DNA of 60,124 nucleotides, counting the filler, from Hausera hauseri (Eukaryota), in the NCBI GenBank assembly GCA_046269625.1. It is 11 parts of 11 records of this genome, joined end to end, with 100 filler letters (N's around TTAATTAATTAA, not from the genome) between each part and the next. Parts side by side here need not be neighbours in the genome. Positions count along the whole stretch, not along the records: positions 49,378 to 54,327 come from JBJURY010381591.1; positions 54,428 to 60,124 come from JBJURY010204301.1; 9 more parts are not named here. The stretch is one strand, 5' to 3'. Shown one piece after another: positions 50,048 through 60,124 of this stretch. The position numbers and the translations under genes were made by a program. Within the stretch, counting starts at the first letter, position 1. Every line of letters starts with the position of its first letter. Below the pieces are notes generated by a model. It made no database searches. It worked only from the letters and a program-made list of their open reading frames with translations, and was not told where the DNA came from.

Positions 50048-53000
50048 CTAAATCTGCAGACCAGCCTCTTGGATAAATTTGGCGGTGTGGTGTAAGTCAC
50101 CGGCTGAACCATATAATTTGCTCTCCAATTCTGCACCATGGGGCCAATATTTTTCTCGCAGGGCTCTGAGGTTGGTACAGTTCTGAAGAACGTGTTCTAC
50201 AGTCTGGGCCTCTTGTGCACATTCACACAGAGCAGTATTACCGATTTTAAATTTGGAGAACAGGTGGCCTCTTAAGCGGTTGTGACCCGTTCTTAGCCGG
50301 AAAATGGTAACCTGCTCTTGTCGGTCCAGTCTGTGGTAGTCATCATTGGGTGGCCTAGGGGGCTTCCTTTTGGTGTTAATAATAACTTTCCTCTGCCTGT
50401 AGGAAATGGGTGCGTCTGGCTGCTCTTGTTGGGTGCCTTCTTTGGCCAGCGTGTCAGCTCTTTCATTGCCAGGTATGCCACAGTGTGATGGTATCCATTG
50501 CATAACTATCCTATGTTGTTTGCAGATCCTAGTCAATGAGTCATTTAACTGTGGCAACTTTCCACTCTCTAGTGATTCAAGTACTGATCTGGCATCTGTG
50601 AGAAAGACTACAGGGTACGCATAATTTAAATTCAGGCTCTGTGCAGCAGCAGCAATGGCCTTCACCTCTGCATCAAAATTGCTGCAAATTTTCCCAGTGG
50701 GTATGCTGATGGTTTCTTTGGTGTGGTCTGGGTATTCAATCAGCACTCCAGCACCTCCGTTTTGAATGGCATTTTCTGCTGATCCATCTGTGTACACACG
50801 GATCCAAGCATCGCCAGGAAATTCTTCTTCGAGGAGACAAAGTGTTACTGCTCTTTTTTGAAGGTCATTCTGGTGGTTACAAATTCCTTTTATTGTGGTT
50901 CTTATGGTTATTTTGAGACCTGATCTTTCAGTCCATGGCTGAAGCTCTGGCACTGTGGATAGTGGCATGGATACTTCTGGAAGCTCCATTATCTGACGGC
51001 GTAGATATTTTGTCTTATGTACAAAGCTACTCCTCTTGATGCGACTTAATGATAAGTTTTTAAATTTATCAGCCATTGGGTGGTCAGGAATAGATTTGAA
51101 TTTTTCTCCATGAATAATAGCTTTTGTGTCTCTGCGCTCCTGCAGTGGCTGTATGTTTGTAGATTTTTCCATCTGTGTAATAGGAGTTGATTTCAGAGCA
51201 CCAGTTATTATTCGGAGTGCTTGATTTTGGACTTTGTCTAAACTATGCAATGTGGTGTTTGACGCAGAGCCCCATGCTGTAGAACCATATTCCAGGTGAG
51301 GACGAACTCCTTGCTGATACAGCTTCTTAAGTATTTCTTCAGTGGCACCCCACGTTGTTCCGCTTAACTTCCTCATTATGGCTAATTTTCTCCTTGCTTT
51401 TGTTTCTGCCTTACTGATTTGTGGTTTCCATGTGAGCCTGCTATCAAAGGTAACTCCCAGGTATGTTGGCTGATCATCATCTTCTAAAGCTTTTCCATCC
51501 ATATAAATTTTTCCTGGCTTCTGCTGGGATAGTGTGAATGTTGTAGTTGATGTCTTTTCAGTATTGATGCTGACACACCATTTACTGGCCCATGTAGTCA
51601 GTGCATCCACAGCTTTCTGCATACGTTTTGTGGCAGTGGTAGCAAATTCATCTGTGCACCACATGACTAGGTCATCAGCATACAATGCAGTTTTCACTCC
51701 ATAGGGTATCTCTGAAATAAGGTCATTAATGAAAATGAGGAAGAGGGTAGGAGACAGTACACCTCCTTGTGGAACTCCTTGCTGTAGTAAGACTTTTCTG
51801 CTCTTGAGACCATCTAATTGTACTCTGGCTCTTCTATTGTGCAAGTAGGCTTTAATCCACTTGAGCATGCTACCACTGATATTACACTTCATCATTTTCA
51901 AAAGCAGACCATCTTTCCAGACCTTGTCAAAAGCCTTTCGAAGGTCAACCCATGTGGCCATTACCAGCTTTCTATCCTGAAAGGCATCTTCAATGTCTTG
52001 AGATAGGTAGGTAGCTTGATCCTCTGTGCAGTAGCACTGTCTAAATCCTGCTTGCTGTGGTGCTAGGTGATTTCCACTTTCTAAGTGCCATTTCAGTCTA
52101 CAGTTGATAATCCGTTCCATTGTTTTACAAAGACAGCTAGTAAGGCTGATGGGGCGATAGCTAGAGGCCAGTGTGCTGTCCTTTCCATGTTTGTGTAGGG
52201 GCACCATGATTGCTTCTCTCCAGCTCTGGGGCACTACTCCTGTTGCCCAACTTATGTTGAAGATGTTAAGCAACTTAGCTCTTGCCCCAGATCCTAGATT
52301 TTTAATCATTTCATTAGAGATTCCGTCAGGGCCTGGACTTGTCTTTAGTTTCAATTTACTCTGTGCCATTTCCAGTTCTCTGAGTGTCAGTGGTAAAACC
52401 ATTATCTCTGATACCTGTTTATCAGTAGTAGTTTGTTTCTCTTGATTTAACTCACGTTTCCTTTTCTGAGGTACTTCTGTGTGACTGTCTTCTGCAAAAA
52501 TTCTTGCGAAATGGTTTGCTGCTTGTTTGCCAGTAAGTGTTTTGCCATTTTCCTGAAGTGTAATCTTTGTGGTTCTGGAGCTGCCTTCGTCACTTAACTG
52601 GTTGACCAATTTCCAAAGCTTTCTACTGTCTTTGTCCATGTTAAGCTTCTCGGTCTTCTCCTTCCAGCTCTTGCGCTTTGCTTGCAGTTTTGCTCTTTGA
52701 AACTTGGCTTTAGCATGTTGGTGGCTCTTGTGGTTTTCTTGATTTGGGTTGTCTTCCGTCTGCCTCCTGGTAGTTTCAACCTCTTCCTGTAGTTTTGCAA
52801 GATCATCACTCCAGTAAGGCCTGTAGTTCTTGTAAGCGCCTCTTGGTATTGTTTCTTTTGCTGTCTGGAGAATACAGGTGGTGAATTCCTTCACAATGCT
52901 GTTAATATCTTTGCCTTCTGTGACAATCTGTCCTGCGCGTACACTGGTGAGGTGGTTGAACATATTCCAGTTTGCCTTTTTATAATTCCACCTGGGGAGA

Positions 53001-53878
53001 GAACTACCTGTACCTAGATGCTCATTATCCACTGTGAGAAGAACAGGCCTGTGATCACTGCCTCCGAGTTGATTCTCCACTGTTCGAATGATGTTCCATG
53101 ACAGGCTGGGTGTATATAATGCCAAATCTGGAGTAGACGTTGTATGCCACACTTTTGAGTAGAATGTTGGGGGGTCTGTTGGTCTGTTTATTAGGAGCAG
53201 TCCGTTGTCATCTTGCCAGTTTTCCAACTCCTCTCCTCTTCGGTCTATATGGTCATATCCCCAGCTTTGAGAATGGCTGTTGAAGTCGCCACACACTAGG
53301 ATCCTCTCAGCTTGGGGTATTGTGTCGAGTGCAAGTTGGCGGTCAGGAGGGCAGTAATAGTTGACTAGTTGGAAGTCAGATTTCTCCTTCTTGATTTGGA
53401 GTACTTGGTATTCTGCTCCTTCCATGAATACTTTGACTTGACATGCATTGATGTTGTTTCTCACAAGGGTGAGGATTCCTCCTTTACGTCTGTCAACCCT
53501 GTCTGATCTGAAGGTCTGGTATCCTCTCACCTTGAAGGTCTTGTCTTTAGAGAGGTGTGTTTCTTGTACACAACAAATGCTGATTTGGTCCTCAAAAAGT
53601 CGATTTTCCAAATCCAGCTTTTTGTTCTGAATACCCTCAGCATTCCAGTGCATTATTTTCAAGGGTTGCACTTTCGATGCTGGCTGTGGTTTCTGATTTA
53701 ATTTTGATGTTTGGCCAGTCACTTTACTTCCTGGCCTCCTGGCTCCTCGAGGCACTGAGGAAGGATCTCCAGTAGCTATGGGTGGGCCCTTCTGAGGCAT
53801 AGGGCCCGGCACTGCACCTGCCTGAAGTATCACCACAGGGCGAGCACCATGATTTTCATCTGCAGAAAAAGACATCAT
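50048..53878 (-). CDS. 1276-aa APE endonuclease - reverse transcriptase - RNase H - Cys/His knuckle protein
   Basis: WNAEG, VQET, GDFNSH and SDHRP (APE); SPGPDG, YRPISL, GVPQGGVLSP and YADD (RT); YTDGS..AE..TDARS..WIPSHCGIPGNERAD (RNase H); RLRTGH..CEC..EHVLQNC. Confidence 0.97.
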   Translation of the reverse strand: MMSFSADENHGARPVVILQAGAVPGPMPQKGPPIATGDPSSVPRGARRPGSKVTGQTSKLNQKPQPASKVQPLKIMHWNAEGIQNKKLDLENRLFEDQISICCVQETHLSKDKTFKVRGYQTFRSDRVDRRKGGILTLVRNNINACQVKVFMEGAEYQVLQIKKEKSDFQLVNYYCPPDRQLALDTIPQAERILVCGDFNSHSQSWGYDHIDRRGEELENWQDDNGLLLINRPTDPPTFYSKVWHTTSTPDLALYTPSLSWNIIRTVENQLGGSDHRPVLLTVDNEHLGTGSSLPRWNYKKANWNMFNHLTSVRAGQIVTEGKDINSIVKEFTTCILQTAKETIPRGAYKNYRPYWSDDLAKLQEEVETTRRQTEDNPNQENHKSHQHAKAKFQRAKLQAKRKSWKEKTEKLNMDKDSRKLWKLVNQLSDEGSSRTTKITLQENGKTLTGKQAANHFARIFAEDSHTEVPQKRKRELNQEKQTTTDKQVSEIMVLPLTLRELEMAQSKLKLKTSPGPDGISNEMIKNLGSGARAKLLNIFNISWATGVVPQSWREAIMVPLHKHGKDSTLASSYRPISLTSCLCKTMERIINCRLKWHLESGNHLAPQQAGFRQCYCTEDQATYLSQDIEDAFQDRKLVMATWVDLRKAFDKVWKDGLLLKMMKCNISGSMLKWIKAYLHNRRARVQLDGLKSRKVLLQQGVPQGGVLSPTLFLIFINDLISEIPYGVKTALYADDLVMWCTDEFATTATKRMQKAVDALTTWASKWCVSINTEKTSTTTFTLSQQKPGKIYMDGKALEDDDQPTYLGVTFDSRLTWKPQISKAETKARRKLAIMRKLSGTTWGATEEILKKLYQQGVRPHLEYGSTAWGSASNTTLHSLDKVQNQALRIITGALKSTPITQMEKSTNIQPLQERRDTKAIIHGEKFKSIPDHPMADKFKNLSLSRIKRSSFVHKTKYLRRQIMELPEVSMPLSTVPELQPWTERSGLKITIRTTIKGICNHQNDLQKRAVTLCLLEEEFPGDAWIRVYTDGSAENAIQNGGAGVLIEYPDHTKETISIPTGKICSNFDAEVKAIAAAAQSLNLNYAYPVVFLTDARSVLESLESGKLPQLNDSLTRICKQHRIVMQWIPSHCGIPGNERADTLAKEGTQQEQPDAPISYRQRKVIINTKRKPPRPPNDDYHRLDRQEQVTIFRLRTGHNRLRGHLFSKFKIGNTALCECAQEAQTVEHVLQNCTNLRALREKYWPHGAELESKLYGSAGDLHHTAKFIQEAGLQI

Positions 53879-53992
53879 GTACGGGGGATGCGTGACATTC
53901 TGGTTGCTGGTGCACCTCTTGGTCGAATGCCGCCGACTTCAGCACCTGTCCTTGCTTGAGCATGACAGTGATCTTGCTCGATGGGTAGGCCC

Positions 53993-54067
53993 GGCCAGTC
54001 TTGGTTTTCAGTCTCAGGTGACTTACTTAAACCCCACCTCCGCGGTAAGGAGCTGGCCTCGATGGGG
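53993..54067 (-). ncRNA. HDV-like self-cleaving ribozyme at the LINE 5' end
   Basis: P1 CCCCAUC/GGUGGGG; P2 GGCCAG(C)/(GA)CUGGCC; P3 UCC/GGA; 7-nt L3 UUACCGC; P4 UUU..AGUC/GACU..AAA; J4/2 ACCAA carrying the catalytic-position C. Confidence 0.8.
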
Positions 54068-57000
54068 ATTTTATTGTCAAAGCATGTAATATTTGCATTT
54101 TTACATACTTTTCCTAGGCATTTTATAAAAGTTTTATAATTTAAATTCTATAAGAATAAATGTAATTATATGTTACATAATTAAATATAACTAATTCGTT
54201 GTCCATGTTGAGATTTCTTACTTTATTTGCTGAAATACGCTATTTAAATATTATGAAATAGTTTGCTGTTTTGTGTTATTATAGTCTTATTATAGTATTA
54301 TTATAGTATTGTATTATACTTTAAAACNNNNNNNNNNNNNNNNNNNNNNNNNNNNNNNNNNNNNNNNNNNNTTAATTAATTAANNNNNNNNNNNNNNNNN
54401 NNNNNNNNNNNNNNNNNNNNNNNNNNNGTCCAATCATGATGAGCGTGTACATAATAGAAGAATAGAATGAATAGAATAGAAGCACTGACGTGCAGAGCTG
54501 TAGAATTTCCCTAAAAACATGAAGTTCTACTTCTGTGATGAACATAAACACTTGTCTTCAATGTGTCCAGAATAGATCCGTATCAGGTTTTATTATCAAT
54601 GGAAATGTTATGGCAGCTCCTGAACTCCAGGTGAAACAATATGTGCATTTTCTTTTTCCTTTCTGTCTTTCTTTACTTTTTTGTTTTACAAATCAACGTA
54701 TGGTGTTTGTCTTCCTTCTTTACTTGTGTAATGAATCAATGTAAACTACCCCTCTCATTTGTATTACAAATTCATTTAGATTGTTCTGAATTAGACCTGA
54801 ATAATCCTAATGGGTACTAAGTGCATATTAAATGTATTGTTTTGGAACAACTTACTGTATATTTATTAATGTTTTAAAAGTACTTTAACTCAACTTTTGT
54901 ATATTTGAAATATATTTAAATGTATTTGTGTTAATATGGTCGAACTTTAAGTATATTTAAATTAGCTTAAATATACATATTTAAAATACACTTTAAATGT
55001 ATTTTAAGCTTTACATTAATGTAATTTCAAAGTATTTTAACTAGACTGTCAGATCATTATAAATGTAATGTTAATATATTTTAAGAGCAATTATTAAGAT
55101 ACTCAAAATGTTCTTTTACCATAGTAAAAAAAGACATTAAAAATGTATTTTAAGACACATTCAAACATCTTCAAAAACTATAATATATGGATTACAAAAT
55201 AAATTTTAAATGAAACAGCACAGCAGCATGTTCGAAGTATTGACTCAAAGGTTAAACTAAATAAAATCTGTAAAATAATTTTTCATGGACAGTAGTATTG
55301 AAAAGTACAATATATAAATCACATAAGGTCACTTTTAAGGTTTCTGCATAAAAACAACTAACAAATCACATGCAGAGTTAACTAAAGAGCATTCCATTCC
55401 CAACTTTACATCAAAAACAAAGCATAAAACCATATAAACCAAACATTTAAACAAAACACTTCATAATCTGTACTTCAAGGAACAGGGGAACTGTCAGTTT
55501 TCTTTGAGTAGGCCTTGTTGTTTTCTGCAATCGAAGGCTCTTACTTCAGACACTGGAAACTGCTTCATCACCGTGTCTGTGGAAGGAAAAAAACAAAAAA
55601 ACATTTTGTCAATATAATTATTTACATCTCATCAACCAACAAGCTCAGTCTGAATCACAAATGGTCTTAAATTGTATACTGCTTTACCAAGTCCTGTTGG
55701 TCTCCAAAGCACTTTACACATGAATCATGCACACACTGATGATGGTAAGCTACACTGTAGCCACAGCTAAACAGTTTAGTAAAACACAACATGACATGTC
55801 TGTTATGTTCACACTGCAGGCCATTCATACTTTGGTTTTAGGTTTTTCAAGCATGACCTAAATATATTAGAAAAGCTATTTATTAGCAGTATACTATAGT
55901 TCAAGTAGAATATTAGTCTTTTCAGGTACTGGTGGTGAAGGTTTATACATTCTGATAATGCTACTAAAACTCCATCTTTGGCCCTCGTGGAAGAACATTT
56001 TTGTATTCTTATCCTAAATTTCTCTTACTTTTGGTCATACAAAGGGGTTTGTCAGATGCCAAGACAGATTCAACAAACTCTTCTATCTTCAGGAAAAGTG
56101 TGTAAATGAGCAGCGTAAACTGATTAATATGTATCCATGTGTTCGTGCACGAGGAGAGGAGATTAGTATTAGCACCCCAGAAACACCATTTAAGGCTATG
56201 ATTCCTGCCCCTATACCAGGAAGTGTTCCTTCATCTGTCTAGATAACTGCAGACTGACTGCATGTGAAATATAAGACGGGTCTGGACCACACGAGAATTT
56301 TGTTCTAATATGAAAAAAAATCTTACAATACAACAAAATTGGTGAATGATAAGTTCTTCTAAACAACTTAAGAACAGATCTGTTTGTACCAACAGCTCAA
56401 TGTTACTTCCTTGGACTTGAACTGTTCTACACAAACCAAATCTGAGTCATTTATGTTAAAATAAATAATTGGTTTGTCTCATTTTGACCTGCAGTCTGAA
56501 TAGCTTTCAGGTTCAGGTTAAAGTTCATGTTTTTCCAAACAAGGAATGCCACTGTTTTCATTTAAATCAACAACAAAGTTTCCCTGTTGTGGCTAATGCA
56601 TAAATGCACACATCTGGAAATGACACTTCCCCCACATTCATCTGCTATTAGTCACATTATTGATGTTAGTAAGATAGAGCAGGAGAATAACTGATACTAA
56701 TCCAATTCTTTCTAAATGCTTCAGTGCAACAAAGTTTAATCTATTAAAATGTTTAATGATCTTTACACCTGTCCCGTCTGGTCCGTTGTCCAAACTATCT
56801 GCTATGTTCCAGGTTTTGGATGTCTTCTGTCTGAATGTCATCAGATGACACAGATGGTGGACAACCTCAACATGTACAGGGCAGGTTTAGGTTTGTAATT
56901 TGTTGAAACTCTGCATACACCTACATTTAAAGGAACCAAAGGGACAATAAAGCAACATCATTAAGTCAGACTCAGAACAGTTTACAGTTAAAGTCAGACT

Positions 57001-57281
57001 CACTGCATAATGTGGAGATTCAAGGCACTTTGAGCCAAAATGATAAACTATAGTTCAAAAAAATGACTAACACAACTGTGGTGTCTACAAGAATAACTGA
57101 CTGATGTATATGAATTACACAATCCACCATTATTGACCATTTTTCCACCCTGCGCCAAAATGTGACTTGGTTCTTAGTAAATGAAGGAGTTATGTTCACT
57201 CTGACTGTCTCGTTGTTAAACTTACAAAAATCTGCTACCATCTTTACTGGTTTCGCTGAATAAAAAGGACAAAGCTATGTA

Positions 57282-57790
57282 CAGTTAGGGCCAAAAATAT
57301 TAGGACAGTGACCAAAGTTTTGTTATTTTAGCTGTTTACAAAAACATGTTCAGAAATACAATTATATATATAATATGGGCTGAAAGTGCACACTCCCAGC
57401 TGCAATATGAGAGTTTCCACATCCAAATGGGAGAAAGGGTTTAGGAATCATAGCTCTGTAATGCATGGCCTCCTCTTTTTCAAGGGACCAAAAGTAATTG
57501 GACAATGGACTCTAAGGGCTGCAATTAACTCAGAAGGTGTCTCCCTCGTTAACCTGTAATCAATTAAGTAGTTAAAAGGTCTGGGGTTGATTACAGGTGT
57601 GTGGTTTTGCATTTGGAAGCTGTTGCTGTAACCAGACAACATGCGCTCAAAGGAACTCTCAATTGAGGTGAAGCAGAACATCCTGAGGCTGAAAAAAAAG
57701 AAAAAATCCATCAGAGAGATAGCAGACATGCTTGGAGTAACAACATCAACAGTCGGGTACATTCTGAGAAAAAAGGAATTGACTGACAGC
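57282..57790 (+). mobile_element. Tc1-like DNA transposon 5' end with truncated transposase (57641 onward)
   Basis: TA|CAGTTAGGGCCAAAAATATTAGGACAGTGAC terminus of fish-Tc1 type. MRSKELSIEVKQNILRL..SIREIADMLGVTTSTVGYILRK is a paired-like HTH. Confidence 0.88.
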
Positions 57791-58085
57791 AGGGGATGCA
57801 TTTTTCTGCAAAGACTGTTTCCATTCAGTGTCAAGAAAGTACTTCATGATACGTATTGATGCTTCGTTTTTATCTTCAATAATCAACACATTATCTGTTT
57901 GTTCATCATTTTACTATACAGTACTCATATTTGGATTTGTACAAAAACAAAATAGGTTTTCACTGCAGCCCTCATAAATGTGACCATATTCCAAATATTT
58001 TTCCGTAAAAAACTAATAATGTACATTTTTACAACTAAAGCACTTAATGAAGTAATGGTAAGACAGAAAAAGTAAAATTGTGTAA

Positions 58086-58187
58086 TTAAAATGTGCACAA
58101 TGCACAGAAGAAATCGATGTCTGTTCGTGGGGTTTTCATTGTCACACAGCCTTGGTGGTACCAGCGATTGCACTTATCACAGGCAAT
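58086..58187 (-). CDS. Terminal exon encoding the C-terminal part of a PHD finger (likely an EnSpm accessory gene)
   Basis: ttgttttcag|IACDKCNRWYHQGCV..FFCALC then stop. Confidence 0.7.
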   Translation of the reverse strand: MACDKCNRWYHQGCVTMKTPRTDIDFFCALCTF

Positions 58188-58324
58188 CTGAAAACAAGAA
58201 ATTGAAATAATATGATGATTTTTGGCTAAAAACATCATAAACATCCAAGTTGGACCAAACAAGTTTGTGTGTGAAAACACCCATTTTAAACAAACTTACA
58301 AAACAAATACTCTGCCTGTGTCTT

Positions 58325-59754
58325 CTAAAACAGTGCATGCACAAGAACCACATACAGATCATTCCTCTCAAAACCGTATGTTGTCTGAAGGTCAAAAGGT
58401 TGGAAAAACTGCAATTGGTCAACTCTCAGCAGAGAAGCATCAAACTCATTTCCCTTCGCCACATGGTAGGAGTGAAAATGCTCATGAAATCCAAGTGTCT
58501 CCAAGTGTTCGACTGCAAGAAAATATTTCCCAGCAAAAAAAATGATGTCACTTATTTGACTAAATATTGGCATCCCATCTTCAATCTTGTAACACACAAT
58601 AAGACCAGGGCGATACTCTGTGCCATAACAGGCAACCCAAGACACCACATCAACCTCAGAGTTCATGTCAGCATTCAAGTTATCTGCCACCTGAAGTGTC
58701 TTGTGTCTCTTCTGGGTCTCCAAAAGTCTTCTGGCAGTGATCGAATGATTAAATAAAGAAAGACTCATGCAGACGTCAGTTGTTCCTTAAATCGGTGAGG
58801 TTTATTTCAGAACAACAGAGTCTTGATACAGATTATGAGACCTTCAGGGGCCGAATGATGAAGAATCTCTCGAGCCCCTGCGACCAGGCCTTTTATATTC
58901 TCCCATACATTCCTGGGTCACTGGGTTCGTACTTAGATCATGCAGACACACACATGGTTTCCATTAAACTGTTTGTACCAGTCCTGAAGTGGAAAACTCC
59001 CTTTTTTCCTTATCAGAAACTGCTGAACAGCTACATTCCTGAGCTGAACCCCCTCTTATCAAAACACACCGGCCTTTCCTCAGATTTAATGAGGCCCTGC
59101 TACCTCACACCATATCCCCATGTGTTAACTCCCACACTTTTACTGTTTTTACAGGTCCACAATCAATGCCTTTTAAAGGCAACGACTCCCAGTGGTATGC
59201 TATTGTCATCTGATGTTTTTGGGCCAATGTCTTAGTGATGTTTTTGAACATTTTTACACTGTTCTTAAAAAATCTGTGCTTTGCCTCAAATCTAGTTGTC
59301 CAAAAGTGAAGAAGTGGGACAATTTTTCGTATGATCCTGGGATAATGGATCATAACGTGGTGTTTAGGTATCAAATTTTGTTGTGGGTAGAGCTCTTTGA
59401 ATAACTGATGATGATCAATAGTGAAATGCTTCAAACAAATGGTCATCCCTTCAGTAATGACTGGCGAAAACACAATATTAATAATTTGAAGCAGTAGCAG
59501 CAACAGTCTCCAATATGGATTGCCTTCTGGCACTACATCTCCAAAGATCAGTGGGACATTTCTTATTAAACAAAATGTTTGAATAGCATTTAGACCTATT
59601 GAGTTACTCATTTGCTCCAAGTTTATTTTGTTGGGGCGATTCTTTTGTTCAAGATATCCATAGTTGTCTGAGTATATTCTTCCAATGGCCTCATATTTGG
59701 ATATGATTTTACTGTCCGATAGGTACCCAAAAAGCAACTTCAACTCCAGCTGAC
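58325..59754 (-). mobile_element. CACTA/EnSpm-type transposase C-terminal half, interrupted by a solo LTR
   Basis: RNVPLIFGD..PKHHVMIHYPRII..W..RFEAKHRFFK..TLAQKHQ, then WV..GTEYRPG..P.F..I..I..FHEHFHSY. Confidence 0.85.
58692..59107 (-). mobile_element. 416-bp solo LTR (ERV1- or gypsy-like)
   Basis: TGAGG...CTTCA ends, a 4-bp TSD (CACC at 58688-58691 and 59108-59111), and internal TATAAAA then AATAAA. Removing it restores the transposase frame (THGDMV|ADNLNAD). Confidence 0.88.
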
Positions 59755-60124
59755 TGTAGGTAAACCCCTCGTCCGGGCTGACGTTTGACCTCGGTCAGTC
59801 TCTTCTGCTCTCTTGAGAAAAGGGACTGAAGTACTGTGCCAAAATTCTATTCCCATGTTCTCTAGTTTGGTGAGAGGGCCTCAAGGCCAGATACCAACCC
59901 CCCCTTTTTCTTTCCTCTCAGTGTTTCACCCTAAACATGTTCCTCATTTATAATGTACTTGTTCTCTGTTATTTTTGGTTGTTATAGACTGTAGAGCTCT
60001 CGTTTAGTTAAATTCTTTTTAACGTGTTGTTAGTCTAGAATAACTTGTTTAATTTTTTTATTAAGTAGAGCTTGCATTAACATAATAAGAACTATTAATT
60101 AAACAACAGATGCAGAATTAACCA
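59755..60124. mobile_element. Probable second LTR-type insertion into the EnSpm transposase (cut by window end)
   Basis: Transposase homology (QLELKLLF) stops exactly at a TGTAGG.. terminus and is followed by non-coding sequence. Confidence 0.45.

Larger units (their letters stand above)
50014..54067 (-). mobile_element. Full-length Ingi-like non-LTR retrotransposon with (GAA)n tail and target-site duplication
   Basis: Single intact ORF and a 3' GAAGAAGAAGAAGAAG tail just after the stop. ATTTTAT is duplicated at 50007-50013 and 54068-54074. HDV-like ribozyme at the 5' end. Confidence 0.9.

Noticed and set aside
53900-53990. Second ribozyme suggested by the repeated CCCATCGAG in the LINE 5' UTR
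   Set aside because: No complementary P1 strand or P3/L3 arrangement was found downstream.

Overview
This window is not one locus. It is 11 unrelated eukaryotic contigs of about 4-9 kb, joined by artificial 100-bp spacers (N44-TTAATTAATTAA-N44). Adjacency across a spacer has no meaning. The content is mostly mobile DNA. It includes decayed Polinton/Maverick (adintovirus-like) modules (ATPase, PW-like, integrase; protein-primed PolB with vOTU and EndoVII motifs, plus a possible SSB) and several Ty3/gypsy remnants (CsRN1-like). It also has one intact full-length Ingi-like LINE with a 5' HDV-like ribozyme, a piggyBac-type MITE, and a teleost-like contig with Tc1, CACTA/EnSpm and a solo LTR. Host sequence appears mainly as deletion-riddled fragments (GBE1 x2, MSH6, USP9X-like, TOP2), one Rab-like exon and one very long acidic ORF. 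The most striking item is contig 33679-38553. It holds a decayed virus-like polyprotein in which a Bcl-2-like domain sits directly upstream of the internal signal peptide of a chuvirus-like (class III) fusion glycoprotein. A divergent second glycoprotein copy lies at 48406-49175. All homology calls come from motif recognition by eye, not database searches.
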